A stretch of DNA of 64,000 nt, taken from the NCBI GenBank assembly GCA_035685925.1, contig DASRZZ010000009.1, positions 1,195-65,194 of the forward strand, in the 5' to 3' direction. Below, one piece after another: positions 1 to 10,305 of the stretch. Source of the DNA: Syntrophales bacterium (lineage in GTDB: Bacteria; Desulfobacterota; Syntrophia; Syntrophales; UBA2185). Under the pieces are notes generated by a model. It was not told the origin of the DNA, searched no databases, and was given only the letters and a program-made list of their open reading frames with translations. The translations under genes were made by a program, and so were the position numbers. Positions within the stretch are counted from its first letter, which is position 1. Every line of letters starts with the position of its first letter.

Positions 1-1100
1 ACAGGGAAATTGGCCGGGTTACCCATCTTACCTTCCCACCTGCCCAGGTCATAGTTGAAGAGAATCAAACAGGGGTTAAAATCAGTACCGCCTCCGACAC
101 CTGCTTCATTCTTGTCTGTCGTGCTTGGGTCGTCGCCCTGCACCCACACGACTGTGGAACCTGCATATGCGGGTGCGAAATCATAGGTAAGAGAGGCATA
201 GGCTTCCCATCCACTCTTGTCTACATCAGGTCCCACAGGGAGCCCTGTTGCTGGGTTGATAGCCCCCGGACTCTCCCACGCCTTCGATTTGCCTGTAATG
301 TAATTAACTTCGGCCTCGAAATAGGCAGGACCAACCTGTACCTTCACATACGGATCAAATATCCAGTACTTTGACTTGTATCCTGTATCAGGGACAGCGG
401 AGGGACCGCTCGTATTGGTGATGAGATAGTAGTAGATGAGCAAACCCGCATTACCCTTGCCCCAGTCATACCCAAAGCAACCAATGAACTTGTCCGCCTG
501 GGAATCAACCTGGTAGCTGGTAACCCCTACATTGCCGGAAGGACCGGCCGGGCTATAGTACTCTGAGCCTTCTATCTTATCCCAGAGGACTACAAATGTC
601 CAAGGACCGACGGGGTAATCGTACCTTACCCTGCGGCCATAGTACTGTTCGCCGCTGTCACCGAAGTCGGTACCAAATTTCGCCTGACCCTGGTAACCGG
701 CTCTCAATACGCCGCCCCAGAGGTTGGCAGTCACATATGCATACGTGAACTTGATATTCTCTGACTCGGAATCCACTCCATTGGGGTTAGATAACGGGGC
801 CCCGGGTGTGTACCCCGAAAGAGAACCCCCAGCATTCCGCTGAGCGCCCCAAATCTTTTCCAAGATATCGGCTCTGGTCGTAAAATTCAGGCCTTCCTGT
901 ATATTGAAGTCCGCCTGAAGTCTCAGTCTCTGCCAGACGTTCATGAGAGATGCGCCGCCGTCTTTCAAGAGGGCGCGGTTGTTTTCATAGTAACCCTGGG
1001 CGACATATGACCCGCCGAACTTCACATCCGCAGCAGATACGGGCATAGCAAAGGCCACAGTCAGGGTAACTGATAGTAAGACTATCCAAAACTTTTCCAT
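1..1100 (-). CDS. Outer-membrane beta-barrel porin-like protein, copy A (3' end runs off the window)
   Basis: Absent from the ORF track because the frame leaves the window. The reverse-strand ATG at 1098-1100 opens MEKFWIVLLSVTLTVAFAMPVSAADVKF..., which reads as a signal peptide. The sequence is colinear with, and clearly similar at nt and aa level to, the complete 463-aa ORF at 55509-56900. Confidence 0.6.
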   Translation of the reverse strand, partial: MEKFWIVLLSVTLTVAFAMPVSAADVKFGGSYVAQGYYENNRALLKDGGASLMNVWQRLRLQADFNIQEGLNFTTRADILEKIWGAQRNAGGSLSGYTPGAPLSNPNGVDSESENIKFTYAYVTANLWGGVLRAGYQGQAKFGTDFGDSGEQYYGRRVRYDYPVGPWTFVVLWDKIEGSEYYSPAGPSGNVGVTSYQVDSQADKFIGCFGYDWGKGNAGLLIYYYLITNTSGPSAVPDTGYKSKYWIFDPYVKVQVGPAYFEAEVNYITGKSKAWESPGAINPATGLPVGPDVDKSGWEAYASLTYDFAPAYAGSTVVWVQGDDPSTTDKNEAGVGGGTDFNPCLILFNYDLGRWEGKMGNPANFP

Positions 1101-1570
1101 TTTTCCTCGGGGTAGCTCAATGAGTATATTGTGCCGATGTAAGGAATCACGCCTTCCTCATTTTCCAGCAGATACCTGATTTGTGACTCTACTCTTCCCC
1201 TCACTGTATCTGGAGAATCGCCGTCTTTAATGTGCAATGCCCTGCTGAGAAGGTCTACAAGCGGGAAGTAGGGCATGTGCTGAGCATAAGCATAGGCATA
1301 GGCATGACCTTCGCGCCACTGGATTGTATTGAGATCGAGACTCGCCCTGAATTCCTCGATGAGTCTACTCTGACCTGTCCCCGCATCTCCAAGGATGGAG
1401 AAATTACAGCCCTTGCCCTGTTTCAGGTTCCGAACTGCTTCCTGTAACTGCGCCATCTCCTCTATTAGTTGCTGATCTCCGAAAGATTTGGAACTGCGAC
1501 ATTGCCGTGCAATGTGCCTCCTGTGATTGCACACCCTCCTAGAGCAATAAGAAAGATAAGTAGCGACCAT
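1082..1570 (-). pseudogene. N-terminal fragment of an AAA_16/STAND-type ATPase regulator, truncated at the porin start
   Basis: The 162-aa ORF carries ILGDAGTGQSRLIEEFRA (a degenerate P-loop context), then W.EG....PY.PLVDLL and PYIG..YSL..PEE. This pattern is typical of the first ~130 aa of large AAA_16 regulators. The ORF stops abruptly, with a 19-nt overlap on the porin start. Confidence 0.4.
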
Positions 1571-2643
1571 CTTAATTGATTGAACTTAGTCATTCTAATC
1601 ATTTCTTGTCCTCTTCTTTTGTTTGATGCAATTACCCAAACAATTATGCATCAACATTATCACCTCGAAATAAAAACCTCGCTCTCTTTTGAGACACGGG
1701 GTTTCAATAATTAGTCCGTATTAACCTCATTGAGGGTTAAAGACTTCATTATTTTTCTGTGACGTCTTTACATCTGCATTCTGATTATCATGGCTGTCAC
1801 AAAAGCACAGAAAAAGCAACAGCGCCGCTGAGAAAGTACAGAATATTGTTTTTATTTTTCCTCCTTCATCGGCTAACATTATTCTTTATATTGCTGTGAT
1901 GTCCGCCTAAGAAAACAGACCCTTGATTACTTTAACATCCGGATTTGATGATATTAGTCCACATGCGTATTGTATGATTAATTTTGACAGGAACTTCCTT
2001 TTTTGTACGGAGAAGTATAAGACGAGCGGCCATTGTGAGTCAATGCGATTCATAAGAACTGGTTTGAAACTTTCCGTTTGAAACATTCATGACGCCAGCC
2101 GTCACAAAAAAGAATGAAAATAGCCTTGTCGACACCTTTATGGTCAGAGTGTAATAATATCAACGTATTAGGCTTCTATTTACAGGGGAAATGTTGTATT
2201 CTGATGAAAAAACAAGAAGAGGAAGCTATGCGTGCGTTCCTTAAGCAGAGTTACGTAGTTGACATGAAATAAGAGTCTTTGAATAACGTTTTTTTGTATA
2301 GTATCTTAAATTGCGTTTAAATTTCTTCCATATTTGATTCCTTTTCCCCAACCTCGGAAAAAAAGCAGAAGCCTCTTTCGCAGCAGCATGCTGTGCCGCA
2401 TCATTACACCCTTGGCATGACATGATTCAAGGTTATTTTATCCGCAAGAGATATTTTTCTTTATCTTTAGTGAGATTTATTTCTTTTCCATCTCATTAAA
2501 AAAGTCAATGTTTTGCCTTAAACATGAGCAAGTAATTGAAAATATCCAGTTATAGGAGATCGGTTATACATGATAAATTATTATATACGATTAGAGTAAA
2601 GTATATATAAATATATTATTCTAAATAATTAAAAATAAAAGTA

Positions 2644-2672
2644 TTGACAAGACAATAAAAGTAATGCTAATG
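2644..2672 (+). promoter_or_regulatory. Candidate sigma70-type promoter for the RHH gene
   Basis: TTGACA at 2644-2649 with a weak -10 (gcTAAT/ctaatg) 16-17 nt downstream. An extremely AT-rich UP-like tract precedes it, and an AAGGAGG SD follows at about 2684. Confidence 0.3.
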
Positions 2673-2696
2673 TTAAAACAAGGAAAGGAGGATAGT

Positions 2697-2879
2697 ATGG
2701 GTAATATTACATCATCTTTTGAGTTGCCGGAAGATTTAAAAAAAGGACTGATTGAATGCGCACGAATAAGCGGGCGTAAGCAAACCATTATTGTTAGGGC
2801 AGCTTTGCATCACTTTATTACCTCGGACTTGGAAAAACAAGAATCTTTGATTAAGGACTATTTACAATGTGGAAAGTAA
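2697..2879 (+). CDS. Ribbon-helix-helix (CopG/Arc-like) DNA-binding protein
   Basis: The internal ATG at 2697 has a strong AAGGAGG SD. The product MGNITSSFELPEDLKKGLIECARISGRKQTIIVRAALHHFI fits a beta-strand/helix/helix RHH layout. Confidence 0.55.
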   Translation: MGNITSSFELPEDLKKGLIECARISGRKQTIIVRAALHHFITSDLEKQESLIKDYLQCGK

Positions 2880-2977
2880 GCGCGCGGCTACTTTTCAAAG
2901 ATTTCATCAAAGTTGGCATCTATGGAGTTATCCTCTCAGACCCAATTAATGGAGATAAATATGGAGGATATTGAAGA

Positions 2978-3490
2978 ATGAGAAAAAAAATGAGGCACAG
3001 TGAAGTAAGGGACTTACAATTATGGGATTTGCAAACCGACTGCAATCAGTGTGTCCTTAAAACAGAAGAAGTCTGCCCTTATCTTGAAACCATAGTGAAT
3101 TGCCATCTGTTTAATGATTTAAAAAGTCGAAGGGTATTTAACGGTTTCAAGAAAGAAAAACGTCTGTACCCGAGAATCATAACTTCTATTCCTGCTTTCA
3201 TCAGCAACGATGGCTCAGGAAAAGAAAATTTACACATCGGCTCGATAACAGATATTTCGCTCGGTGGTTTACGAATTTCAATCCCCAGAGGTATGAAACA
3301 CGAGGTATTGACTGCTCGTCAGACGCCTGAATTTGAAATTATTACCAAATTGCCGGACGAGAATACGCCTATACATTTGAAGTGTAAATCACAAAGAGTT
3401 GTATATTCCAAGGATAACATCCACGTCGGGGCATCTATCGTTGATGCCGATTCCCGTAGCTATAAATCTTTTAAGAACTACCTGATGTAA
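2978..3490 (+). CDS. PilZ-domain (c-di-GMP-binding) protein
   Basis: Contains an RxxxR motif (KRLYPR) followed about 25 aa later by D.S.GG (TDISLGGLRI). The N-terminal part is Cys-containing. GGAGGA SD upstream. Confidence 0.7.
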   Translation: MRKKMRHSEVRDLQLWDLQTDCNQCVLKTEEVCPYLETIVNCHLFNDLKSRRVFNGFKKEKRLYPRIITSIPAFISNDGSGKENLHIGSITDISLGGLRISIPRGMKHEVLTARQTPEFEIITKLPDENTPIHLKCKSQRVVYSKDNIHVGASIVDADSRSYKSFKNYLM

Positions 3491-3576
3491 AGATTGACCT
3501 GTTCCGGGAAGACCGGCCAATTTTTCCAGTTAAGATTCTGGTACGGTGAAGCAATTCAGGGATCGAGATTGCATAG

Positions 3577-5235
3577 TCATGAAATTGTTTTGAGGTCATG
3601 AAAAACAGCGGCGCCCATGTTCTCCTTTTTCGTGTCGAATATCCTCGTACTGCCGGATCTCGCCTCTTTCGCTTCTTCGAAGAAGTATCTCAAGAGGTTA
3701 AGATCGCCGCTGTTCGGGATCCCCGATTTCCAATCCGCTGAAATCTTTGCTAACACTGACAAAAGCCCGAATGCATAAAGGCTCAACATCGTCACCCGCC
3801 TCAGGAAGAATTGTCTCTCGCCCGCCTTTTCCCCATGGAAGATGATACCCAGTAGCAACATGCGCTTGAGCGTTCGCACATTGGCCTTGACCAGCTTCAC
3901 TGCTTCTTGCACGGTTCTGTCGCCGCAATCCAGGCGCCACGGCATCGCAGCAAAAGAGGATAAGAAGTCTCTTACGATGAAAAACCAACGGGAGAACCCC
4001 TTGTGTGAGATGAGCCTCCTTTTAAGACGCCCGAGGAGGAAGAGCGCCGGATAGATGGAATGGATTTCCGTCGTTCCCTCGAATATGGGGACAACCCGGA
4101 AATCGCGCATCCGTTTTTCGTAGGGCTGAGTCATGAGATAGCCCGCGCCTCCTGCCACCTGCATGGCGTCATAAAGGACGTCCCAGGCCCGCGTCGAACC
4201 ATAAAGCTTGCAGTGCGATGTCTCGATCACCATGTCTTCACCCGGCCGCGATTCGAGAAGATTTGCGGTAAGATAATTAATGCAGGACGTGACGAATCCG
4301 TGGGTTCGGGCATTGATTATTTTCTCCTGGACAAGAGGAAATTCCCGGATGGGAACACCGAACTGAATTCTGGAGCTGGCGCGCATGACCATGCCTTTCA
4401 AGGATACGTCTATGAGACCGGCGGATGCGGCGCCGAGGGCCAGTCTCCCGTAGTTAAGAATAGCCAGAGCAATCTGGAAACCTTCTCCTGGTTTGCCGAG
4501 CATGTTTTCTACCGGGACATGAACATTCTGAAATTGAATGGAGGCCGTAGAACTGGCCTTTATACCCATCTTGTGCATGTCCTTCCCGATCTTCACGCCT
4601 TCCCATGCGGTCTCCACGATGAAAGCGCCCATGAACCCCGGATGCGATGGGTCCATCTGGGCAAAGGTGGTAAGACCCTGCGCATAGTTTGCGTTGGTGA
4701 TGTAAGTTTTCATGCCGTTGAGGATGTAATATTTTCCATCTCCGGAGAGTTCAGCCTTTGTCTCAATATGTCTCGCATCGGAGCCAAAATTCGGTTCTGT
4801 GAGTGCGTAGGAAAAAATCATCTTCCCGGATGCGGCAGGGGGAAGATATTGACGCTTCTGTTTTTCTGTTCCGAATAGTTCAATCCCTTTGATGCCGATG
4901 AAGAGGTGGGCAAGAAAAACGGCGGCGGCGGCCAAGTCCTGGGCAGAGATCTCTTCAACGAAGCGGATGCAGTCGACAAGGTCAACTCCCAACCCGCCAT
5001 ATGTTTCAGCAAGACTGATCCCGAAGAAACCTCTTTCTCTCATCTCCTGCAGCATCTCCTCCGGGATGCGTCCCTCATCTTCAATCTTCTGCGGTGAATG
5101 GTCCTTAAACATGTCCCGATAGGATTGCAGTAGCGATTGGACCTTCTCTGAATCCACCGGCATGCGGTAGGAATCAAAGACCGCTTCATCAAAGATGCCT
5201 TCCAATACCTTCTCCATGAAGCTCCGCGATGCCAT
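3577..5235 (-). CDS. Acyl-CoA dehydrogenase, long form with C-terminal extension
   Basis: ACAD motifs are present: GFFGISLAETYGGLG, YALTEPNFGSDA, IFEGTTEI. About 170 extra C-terminal residues resemble VLCAD/ACAD9-type enzymes. Confidence 0.85.
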   Translation of the reverse strand: MASRSFMEKVLEGIFDEAVFDSYRMPVDSEKVQSLLQSYRDMFKDHSPQKIEDEGRIPEEMLQEMRERGFFGISLAETYGGLGVDLVDCIRFVEEISAQDLAAAAVFLAHLFIGIKGIELFGTEKQKRQYLPPAASGKMIFSYALTEPNFGSDARHIETKAELSGDGKYYILNGMKTYITNANYAQGLTTFAQMDPSHPGFMGAFIVETAWEGVKIGKDMHKMGIKASSTASIQFQNVHVPVENMLGKPGEGFQIALAILNYGRLALGAASAGLIDVSLKGMVMRASSRIQFGVPIREFPLVQEKIINARTHGFVTSCINYLTANLLESRPGEDMVIETSHCKLYGSTRAWDVLYDAMQVAGGAGYLMTQPYEKRMRDFRVVPIFEGTTEIHSIYPALFLLGRLKRRLISHKGFSRWFFIVRDFLSSFAAMPWRLDCGDRTVQEAVKLVKANVRTLKRMLLLGIIFHGEKAGERQFFLRRVTMLSLYAFGLLSVLAKISADWKSGIPNSGDLNLLRYFFEEAKEARSGSTRIFDTKKENMGAAVFHDLKTIS

Positions 5236-5530
5236 TACTTATCTCCCTTCTCCTGGCAACTATACCCTTCCTTGCAGATCGTGGCGGCAAATATTCCATC
5301 CATTACTTATAGACTGAGTAGTTGCTCTCGGACATATAAAGTATAAGCGGCATGCATAGAGATTTCCATCTTTTTTCGCCGGGATTCCAATAATGGTCAT
5401 ATTGCATCCGGCTGTCTTTAGCCGCTCCATTTCTTGAAGCCGCCCTCTGATATTAATCCCATTTTTCTCTTGCAATGGGGATTCTTATATGTTAGAAAAT
5501 TCGCGAAAATCATCGAGTAGGTTACTGATG

Positions 5531-5556
5531 AGTGGGCTGATGCCCACTTTTTTTTT
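5531..5556 (+). terminator. Intrinsic terminator-like hairpin with no annotated upstream plus-strand gene
   Basis: AGTGGGC-tgat-GCCCACT followed by a run of 8-9 T. Confidence 0.5.
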
Positions 5557-5663
5557 CTAAATGCTAAAGAGGCGACATCTGCAAAGGCGCTTGCGCTGGG
5601 TATGATGCAGACTACTACACGCGTCTGCTGGCAGTTGTCTCCCTGCTAATGAATTGGAAATAA

Positions 5664-6143
5664 ATGGCAGATAATAGAGCTACATACCGGGACAAAATCA
5701 GGCGACTCATTGAGCCTGTGATCGAATCTGAAGGCATGGAAATCATCGATCTCGAATGCCTGAAAATGAAATATCGGTGGCTGGTGCGAATTTACATCGA
5801 TAAAGAGAGAGGTGTCACTATCAATGATTGTTCTGAAATCAGCAAACAGGTAGGGGATGTCCTTGATGTTTACGACGTACTTCCCGGTGCTTACACATTG
5901 GAGGTTTCTTCCCCGGGCTTGAACCGGCCTCTTACCAGAGACAAGGATTTCATTAAGTACCGCGGATCTACTGTCCGCATCAAGACAGGCGAAAAGCTTG
6001 ACGGCGTGAAAAATTTTCATGGGATACTGAATGATTATCTCGACGAAAATGGGATGAAGACTCTGATCGTCGATGTTTCGGGGAAGGTTTATCATATACC
6101 GCGAGATATGGTTGTTAAGGCACACCTTGTTTATGAAATTTGA
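5664..6143 (+). CDS. rimP: Ribosome maturation factor RimP
   Basis: LEVSSPGLNRPL motif, the expected size, and a position directly upstream of nusA. Confidence 0.85.
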   Translation: MADNRATYRDKIRRLIEPVIESEGMEIIDLECLKMKYRWLVRIYIDKERGVTINDCSEISKQVGDVLDVYDVLPGAYTLEVSSPGLNRPLTRDKDFIKYRGSTVRIKTGEKLDGVKNFHGILNDYLDENGMKTLIVDVSGKVYHIPRDMVVKAHLVYEI

Positions 6144-6164
6144 TGCAAATATGGAGGACTCTAA

Positions 6165-7427
6165 ATGTTACCAGAACTTAAACGTCTGATAGAGCAGATG
6201 GGTAAGGATAGAGGCATAGACAAAAGTGTTATAGTAGAGGCACTGGAAATGGCCATGCTGACTGCTGCGCGCAAAAAATTGGGGCTCCACGTAGATCTCG
6301 AGGCGCATTACAACGAGGAAGTGGGGGAAGTTGAAGTTTTTCAATTCAAGACCGTCGTAGATAAAGTGCTACATCCCGATGTTCAGATTTCGGTGGTTGA
6401 GGCACGCCAAACCTTGGATGAAGGAGCGGAAAGGGGAGACAGTCTCGGAATAAAGATAGAAACGAACACCTTTGGCAGGATTGCCGTCCAGACGGCTAAA
6501 CAGATAATTATTCAAAAGGTTAAAGACGCTGAAAGGGATAACATTTATGATGAATACAAAGATAAAAAGGGTGAACTTGTCAGCGGCTTTGTTCAAAGAT
6601 TCGACGGTGGAAATATCATCGTTAACCTCGGACGGGCGGAAGGTGTGATACCCGCAGTGGAACAGATTTACAGAGAATCCTACAAACGCGGCGAACGGAT
6701 TCGTGCATATGTGTGCGACATCAAAAAGATATCCAAAGGACCTCAGATCATCCTCTCCAGGACACATCCCGGTTTCCTCAAGGCACTCTTCGAAGTCGAG
6801 GTGCCGGAGATCGCCGAAGGTTTAATCGAAATTGTAAATGTGGCGCGAGAACCGGGAAAGCGGGCCAAGATCTCCGTGAGAACAAAAGATAAAGATATCG
6901 ACCCAGTGGGCGCATGCGTCGGCATGAGAGGTTCCCGCGTGCAAAGCGTGGTTCAGGAATTGAGAGGGGAAAAGATAGATATCGTCCCCTACTCCGTAGA
7001 TAACGCCAGCTATGTCTGCAGTGCTCTTTCGCCGGCGAAGGTCAACCGCGTCATTATGGATGAGGAAAACCGCTCAATGGAAGTAATAGTCCCTGACGAT
7101 CAGCTGTCTCTGGCTATCGGAAAGAATGGACAGAATGTGAGGCTTGCCGTCAAATTGACGGGGTGGAAGATAGACGTTAAGAGTGAATCCATGGCTGCCT
7201 CGCAAGAGGCGGAAGGATTTAAGTCTCTCATCAAGATTCCCGGTATCGGTGAGGCTATGGCGGAGAAACTTTACAATGAGGGCTTCAAGAGTGTTGCCAT
7301 GGTCGCAACGGCAGAACCTGAGATGCTGTCAGCGATTCAGGGGGTGGGAGAAAAGAGTGCGACACAGTGGATCGAAGCGGCAGTTAAGATTATCGAAGAA
7401 GAGGCAGCAGAACGCAAGAGTGCCTGA
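6165..7427 (+). CDS. nusA: Transcription termination/antitermination factor NusA
   Basis: S1 and KH domain sequences are present (GELVSGFVQRF, ...DPVGACVGMRGSRVQ..., LAIGKNGQNVRLA). Conserved rimP-nusA-infB context. Confidence 0.95.
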   Translation: MLPELKRLIEQMGKDRGIDKSVIVEALEMAMLTAARKKLGLHVDLEAHYNEEVGEVEVFQFKTVVDKVLHPDVQISVVEARQTLDEGAERGDSLGIKIETNTFGRIAVQTAKQIIIQKVKDAERDNIYDEYKDKKGELVSGFVQRFDGGNIIVNLGRAEGVIPAVEQIYRESYKRGERIRAYVCDIKKISKGPQIILSRTHPGFLKALFEVEVPEIAEGLIEIVNVAREPGKRAKISVRTKDKDIDPVGACVGMRGSRVQSVVQELRGEKIDIVPYSVDNASYVCSALSPAKVNRVIMDEENRSMEVIVPDDQLSLAIGKNGQNVRLAVKLTGWKIDVKSESMAASQEAEGFKSLIKIPGIGEAMAEKLYNEGFKSVAMVATAEPEMLSAIQGVGEKSATQWIEAAVKIIEEEAAERKSA

Positions 7428-7520
7428 TAGGAGCCGCGAATAGAACCGGGGTAAGTCCTGCGAAGACTAAATTAATGAAAAGATGTAATGTAAAAACCAT
7501 TATATGTGAGGGTTTCAAGA

Positions 7521-10223
7521 ATGCCTAAGAAGAGAGTCTACGAATTAGCCAAGGAATTGAGTATCGATAGCAAGGAACTGATATCTCGTTTGGAAAAATT
7601 CGGCATAGCAGTAAAGTCTCACTCGAGTACGCTCGAAGACGCAGATCTGGAGAAGATACACAAAGAATTGCTATCGGGTGAACCGCATGAAATGGTTGAG
7701 CAGAGAATAAAGTCCACGATCATAAGGAGACGGGCGGTGCGTCCCGCTGTGGAAGAAGTCAAAGCAGAACCTGTAAGGGAAGAAATCCCCGTAAAGCCTG
7801 AAGAAGAGAAGACTGAACCAGCGGTCCAAAAAGAGGCCAAGAGAGAAAAGGCCGGCCCTAAGGAAGTACAGGCAAAAGTGGCCCCCCCCGCAGAAAAGAC
7901 GCCGAAGATAGCCCCTCCTGAGGAGGTAATCCCTTCTAAAGTTGTCAAACCGGAAGAACCGGCAGTTAAAGATGTGAAAATGGAAAGCCAGTCTGTTGAG
8001 ACAGTCGAAAAAGTTTCCAAGAAGCCCTCGAAGAAGATTGAATTAGTTGAAAAAAAACCCGCGCCCCCCTCAGTAATTTCCAAAGAGTCTCCGGCAGAGA
8101 GAGAAGTGCCGCAAAAAGAAGATAAAAAAGAGGCGATATCTACTCAAACGTCGAAAGAATTTGCTCCCAAAATCAAGAAAGAACCCTCCCAGAAGCCGGC
8201 GCTAAAGATCGTCAAGGAGATTATTCCTCCCAAGGTGGTCGAAAAACCTGCTAAGTGGGAACCAGATAAAGCCAAGATAAAAGGTAAGAAGCCTGTCGAA
8301 GTTGTAATGGAAGAGCTGCCGTCGGCAAGGAAAAAGGCTTTTATTAAGAAACTAGTAGACAAGAAAGACCGGCGTGAGGATTTAGACAGAGAAGAGAGAA
8401 TCATTAAATGGAAGGATGGGAAAAGGCAAGTCACTTCCAAAATGAAAAAGACGGCCATTACTACCCCGAAGGCAATAAAAAGGAGAATAAGGGTGGGTGA
8501 AGTAATAACAGTCGGCGAACTAGCCAAAAAAATAGGTGTCAAAGCGAGTGAAGTTATCAATAAACTGATGGGGCTCGGCTTGATGGTTACCATCAACCAG
8601 TCTATAGAAAGCGACGCTGCGACTCTCATTGCCGGTGAATTTGGATATCAGGTAGAATCGGTGGGAAACGAATACGACGAATCACTCCAAAACGTTGAGC
8701 CATCTTCCGAGAACCTGAAAACGAGAGCGCCTGTTGTCACGATAATGGGACATGTTGACCATGGGAAGACTTCTCTTCTGGATGCCATAAGGCAGACCAA
8801 CGTAATGGCCGGTGAGGTGGGCGGTATTACCCAAGCCATAGGGGCATACCATGTACATATTAAAGATAGAGATATTGTTTTTCTTGACACACCGGGCCAC
8901 GAAGCTTTCACTGCCATGAGGGCCAGAGGCGCTCATGTGACAGATATCGTCGTTCTCGTAGTCGCAGCTGACGATGGTGTGAAGGACCAAACTATAGAAG
9001 CTATCAATCATGCACGCATTGCCGGAGTTCCCATAATCGTTGCCGTCAACAAGATAGACAAACCGGGAGCAGACCCGGGAAAAATCAAGCAGGTACTTGC
9101 TGATTACAATCTTGTCTCAGAAGAATGGGGCGGTGATACAATATACTGTGAGGTTTCCGCCAAGAAGAGGCAGGGCATTGAAGAGCTTCTGGAAATGATT
9201 CTTCTTCAGGCGGACGTAATGGACCTGCGTGCCGACCCCACACGGGCCGCCCGTGGCATCATCATCGAGGCAAAACTCGATCGCGGACGCGGACCGGTGG
9301 CGACCGTGCTGATCGAAGAGGGTACGCTGAAAGAGGGAGATGCCTTTGTCGCCAAGACGGAGTTTGGCAAGGTCAGAGCCCTGATTAACGACCAGGGGGA
9401 GAGAGTGGAGGAGGTTGGGCCGTCAATGCCGGTCGAAGTTATCGGATTTTCACGGGTCCCCCAGGTCGGAGCCGAATTTATATGTGTTGAGGATGAAAAA
9501 AGGGCCCGCAACATCGGAGAATATTGGATAAGAAAAGAACGAGAACGGGAACTTTCCAAATCGTCGAAGATTACTCTCGAACAATTATACCAAAAGATTA
9601 AAGAGGGGGTTAAGGAACTAAATGTCATCATAAAAGCAGATGTGCAGGGCTCCATAGAGGCTATGACCGATGCCTTGAGCAAGCTCAGTACATCCGATAT
9701 AAAGCTGAAGATTATCCACAGTTCAACAGGTGCTATAACTGAGACAGATGTCATGCTGGCATCGGCATCGAACGCCGTAATAATCGGGTTTAACGTCAGA
9801 CCGGATAGTAGGGTCACAGACGTCGCCGAAGAAGAAGGTGTCGAAATAAAGCTGTATGAAGTTATTTACGACGTTATTGCAGATGTGAAGGCTGCCATGG
9901 AAGGTCTACTCGAACCGGTTTATAAGGAGACAGTAATCGGGCGAGCCGAAGTAAGAGAATTGTTCAAAGTGCCGAGAATCGGGACCATCGCAGGAAGCTA
10001 CGTGACCAATGGCAAAATAACAAGAATTGCCAATCTTAAATTAGTGCGAGACGGGGTGCAGATTTACAATGGCAAGATACTGTCTCTCCGGAGGTTTAAG
10101 GACGACGTCAAAGAAGTGAATGAAGGACTTGAGTGTGGTATCGGAATAGAGGGCTTCAACGACATCCGAGTGGGTGATGTCATGGAAGCTTATATCAATG
10201 AGCAAATAGAAAGAAAGCTCTGA
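7521..10223 (+). CDS. infB: Translation initiation factor IF-2
   Basis: [14 protein letters not shown]-terminus, a low-complexity K/E/P-rich linker, and the GTPase motifs [13 protein letters not shown] and NKID. I prefer the ATG at 7521 (GAGGG SD) over the GTG at 7506. Confidence 0.95.
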   Translation: MPKKRVYELAKELSIDSKELISRLEKFGIAVKSHSSTLEDADLEKIHKELLSGEPHEMVEQRIKSTIIRRRAVRPAVEEVKAEPVREEIPVKPEEEKTEPAVQKEAKREKAGPKEVQAKVAPPAEKTPKIAPPEEVIPSKVVKPEEPAVKDVKMESQSVETVEKVSKKPSKKIELVEKKPAPPSVISKESPAEREVPQKEDKKEAISTQTSKEFAPKIKKEPSQKPALKIVKEIIPPKVVEKPAKWEPDKAKIKGKKPVEVVMEELPSARKKAFIKKLVDKKDRREDLDREERIIKWKDGKRQVTSKMKKTAITTPKAIKRRIRVGEVITVGELAKKIGVKASEVINKLMGLGLMVTINQSIESDAATLIAGEFGYQVESVGNEYDESLQNVEPSSENLKTRAPVVTIMGHVDHGKTSLLDAIRQTNVMAGEVGGITQAIGAYHVHIKDRDIVFLDTPGHEAFTAMRARGAHVTDIVVLVVAADDGVKDQTIEAINHARIAGVPIIVAVNKIDKPGADPGKIKQVLADYNLVSEEWGGDTIYCEVSAKKRQGIEELLEMILLQADVMDLRADPTRAARGIIIEAKLDRGRGPVATVLIEEGTLKEGDAFVAKTEFGKVRALINDQGERVEEVGPSMPVEVIGFSRVPQVGAEFICVEDEKRARNIGEYWIRKERERELSKSSKITLEQLYQKIKEGVKELNVIIKADVQGSIEAMTDALSKLSTSDIKLKIIHSSTGAITETDVMLASASNAVIIGFNVRPDSRVTDVAEEEGVEIKLYEVIYDVIADVKAAMEGLLEPVYKETVIGRAEVRELFKVPRIGTIAGSYVTNGKITRIANLKLVRDGVQIYNGKILSLRRFKDDVKEVNEGLECGIGIEGFNDIRVGDVMEAYINEQIERKL

Positions 10224-10305
10224 GAAGGCAATCAGGAGTTGATAATTTAGATATTGGGCCTTTGCATTTTGTTCCGGACTTTCTTTTTTGGAAACCGCTT
10301 AATAT

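Noticed and set aside
2241-2423. 60-aa minus-strand ORF in the AT-rich gap
   Set aside because: Lys/Arg-rich low-complexity product, no SD, isolated.
4060-4878. 272-aa plus-strand ORF
   Set aside because: It lies entirely antisense to the well-supported acyl-CoA dehydrogenase gene. Its composition is Arg/Gly/His-rich, it has no motif and no SD. This is a typical shadow ORF.
5260-5475. 71-aa minus-strand ORF in the ACAD-rimP spacer
   Set aside because: No SD and no recognisable motif. It would sit downstream of nothing and be unterminated. I treat the region as non-coding (see the finding on the orphan terminator).
7183-7443. 86-aa plus-strand ORF at the nusA 3' end, considered as a possible YlxR/DUF448 gene
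   Set aside because: It overlaps the nusA C-terminal coding region in another frame, is Arg-rich, and lacks the YlxR CxxC...GRG pattern.
7619-9817. Several 89-203-aa minus-strand ORFs
   Set aside because: Shadow ORFs opposite infB. Their low-complexity Ser/Thr/Phe-rich sequence mirrors the K/E/P linker of IF-2.
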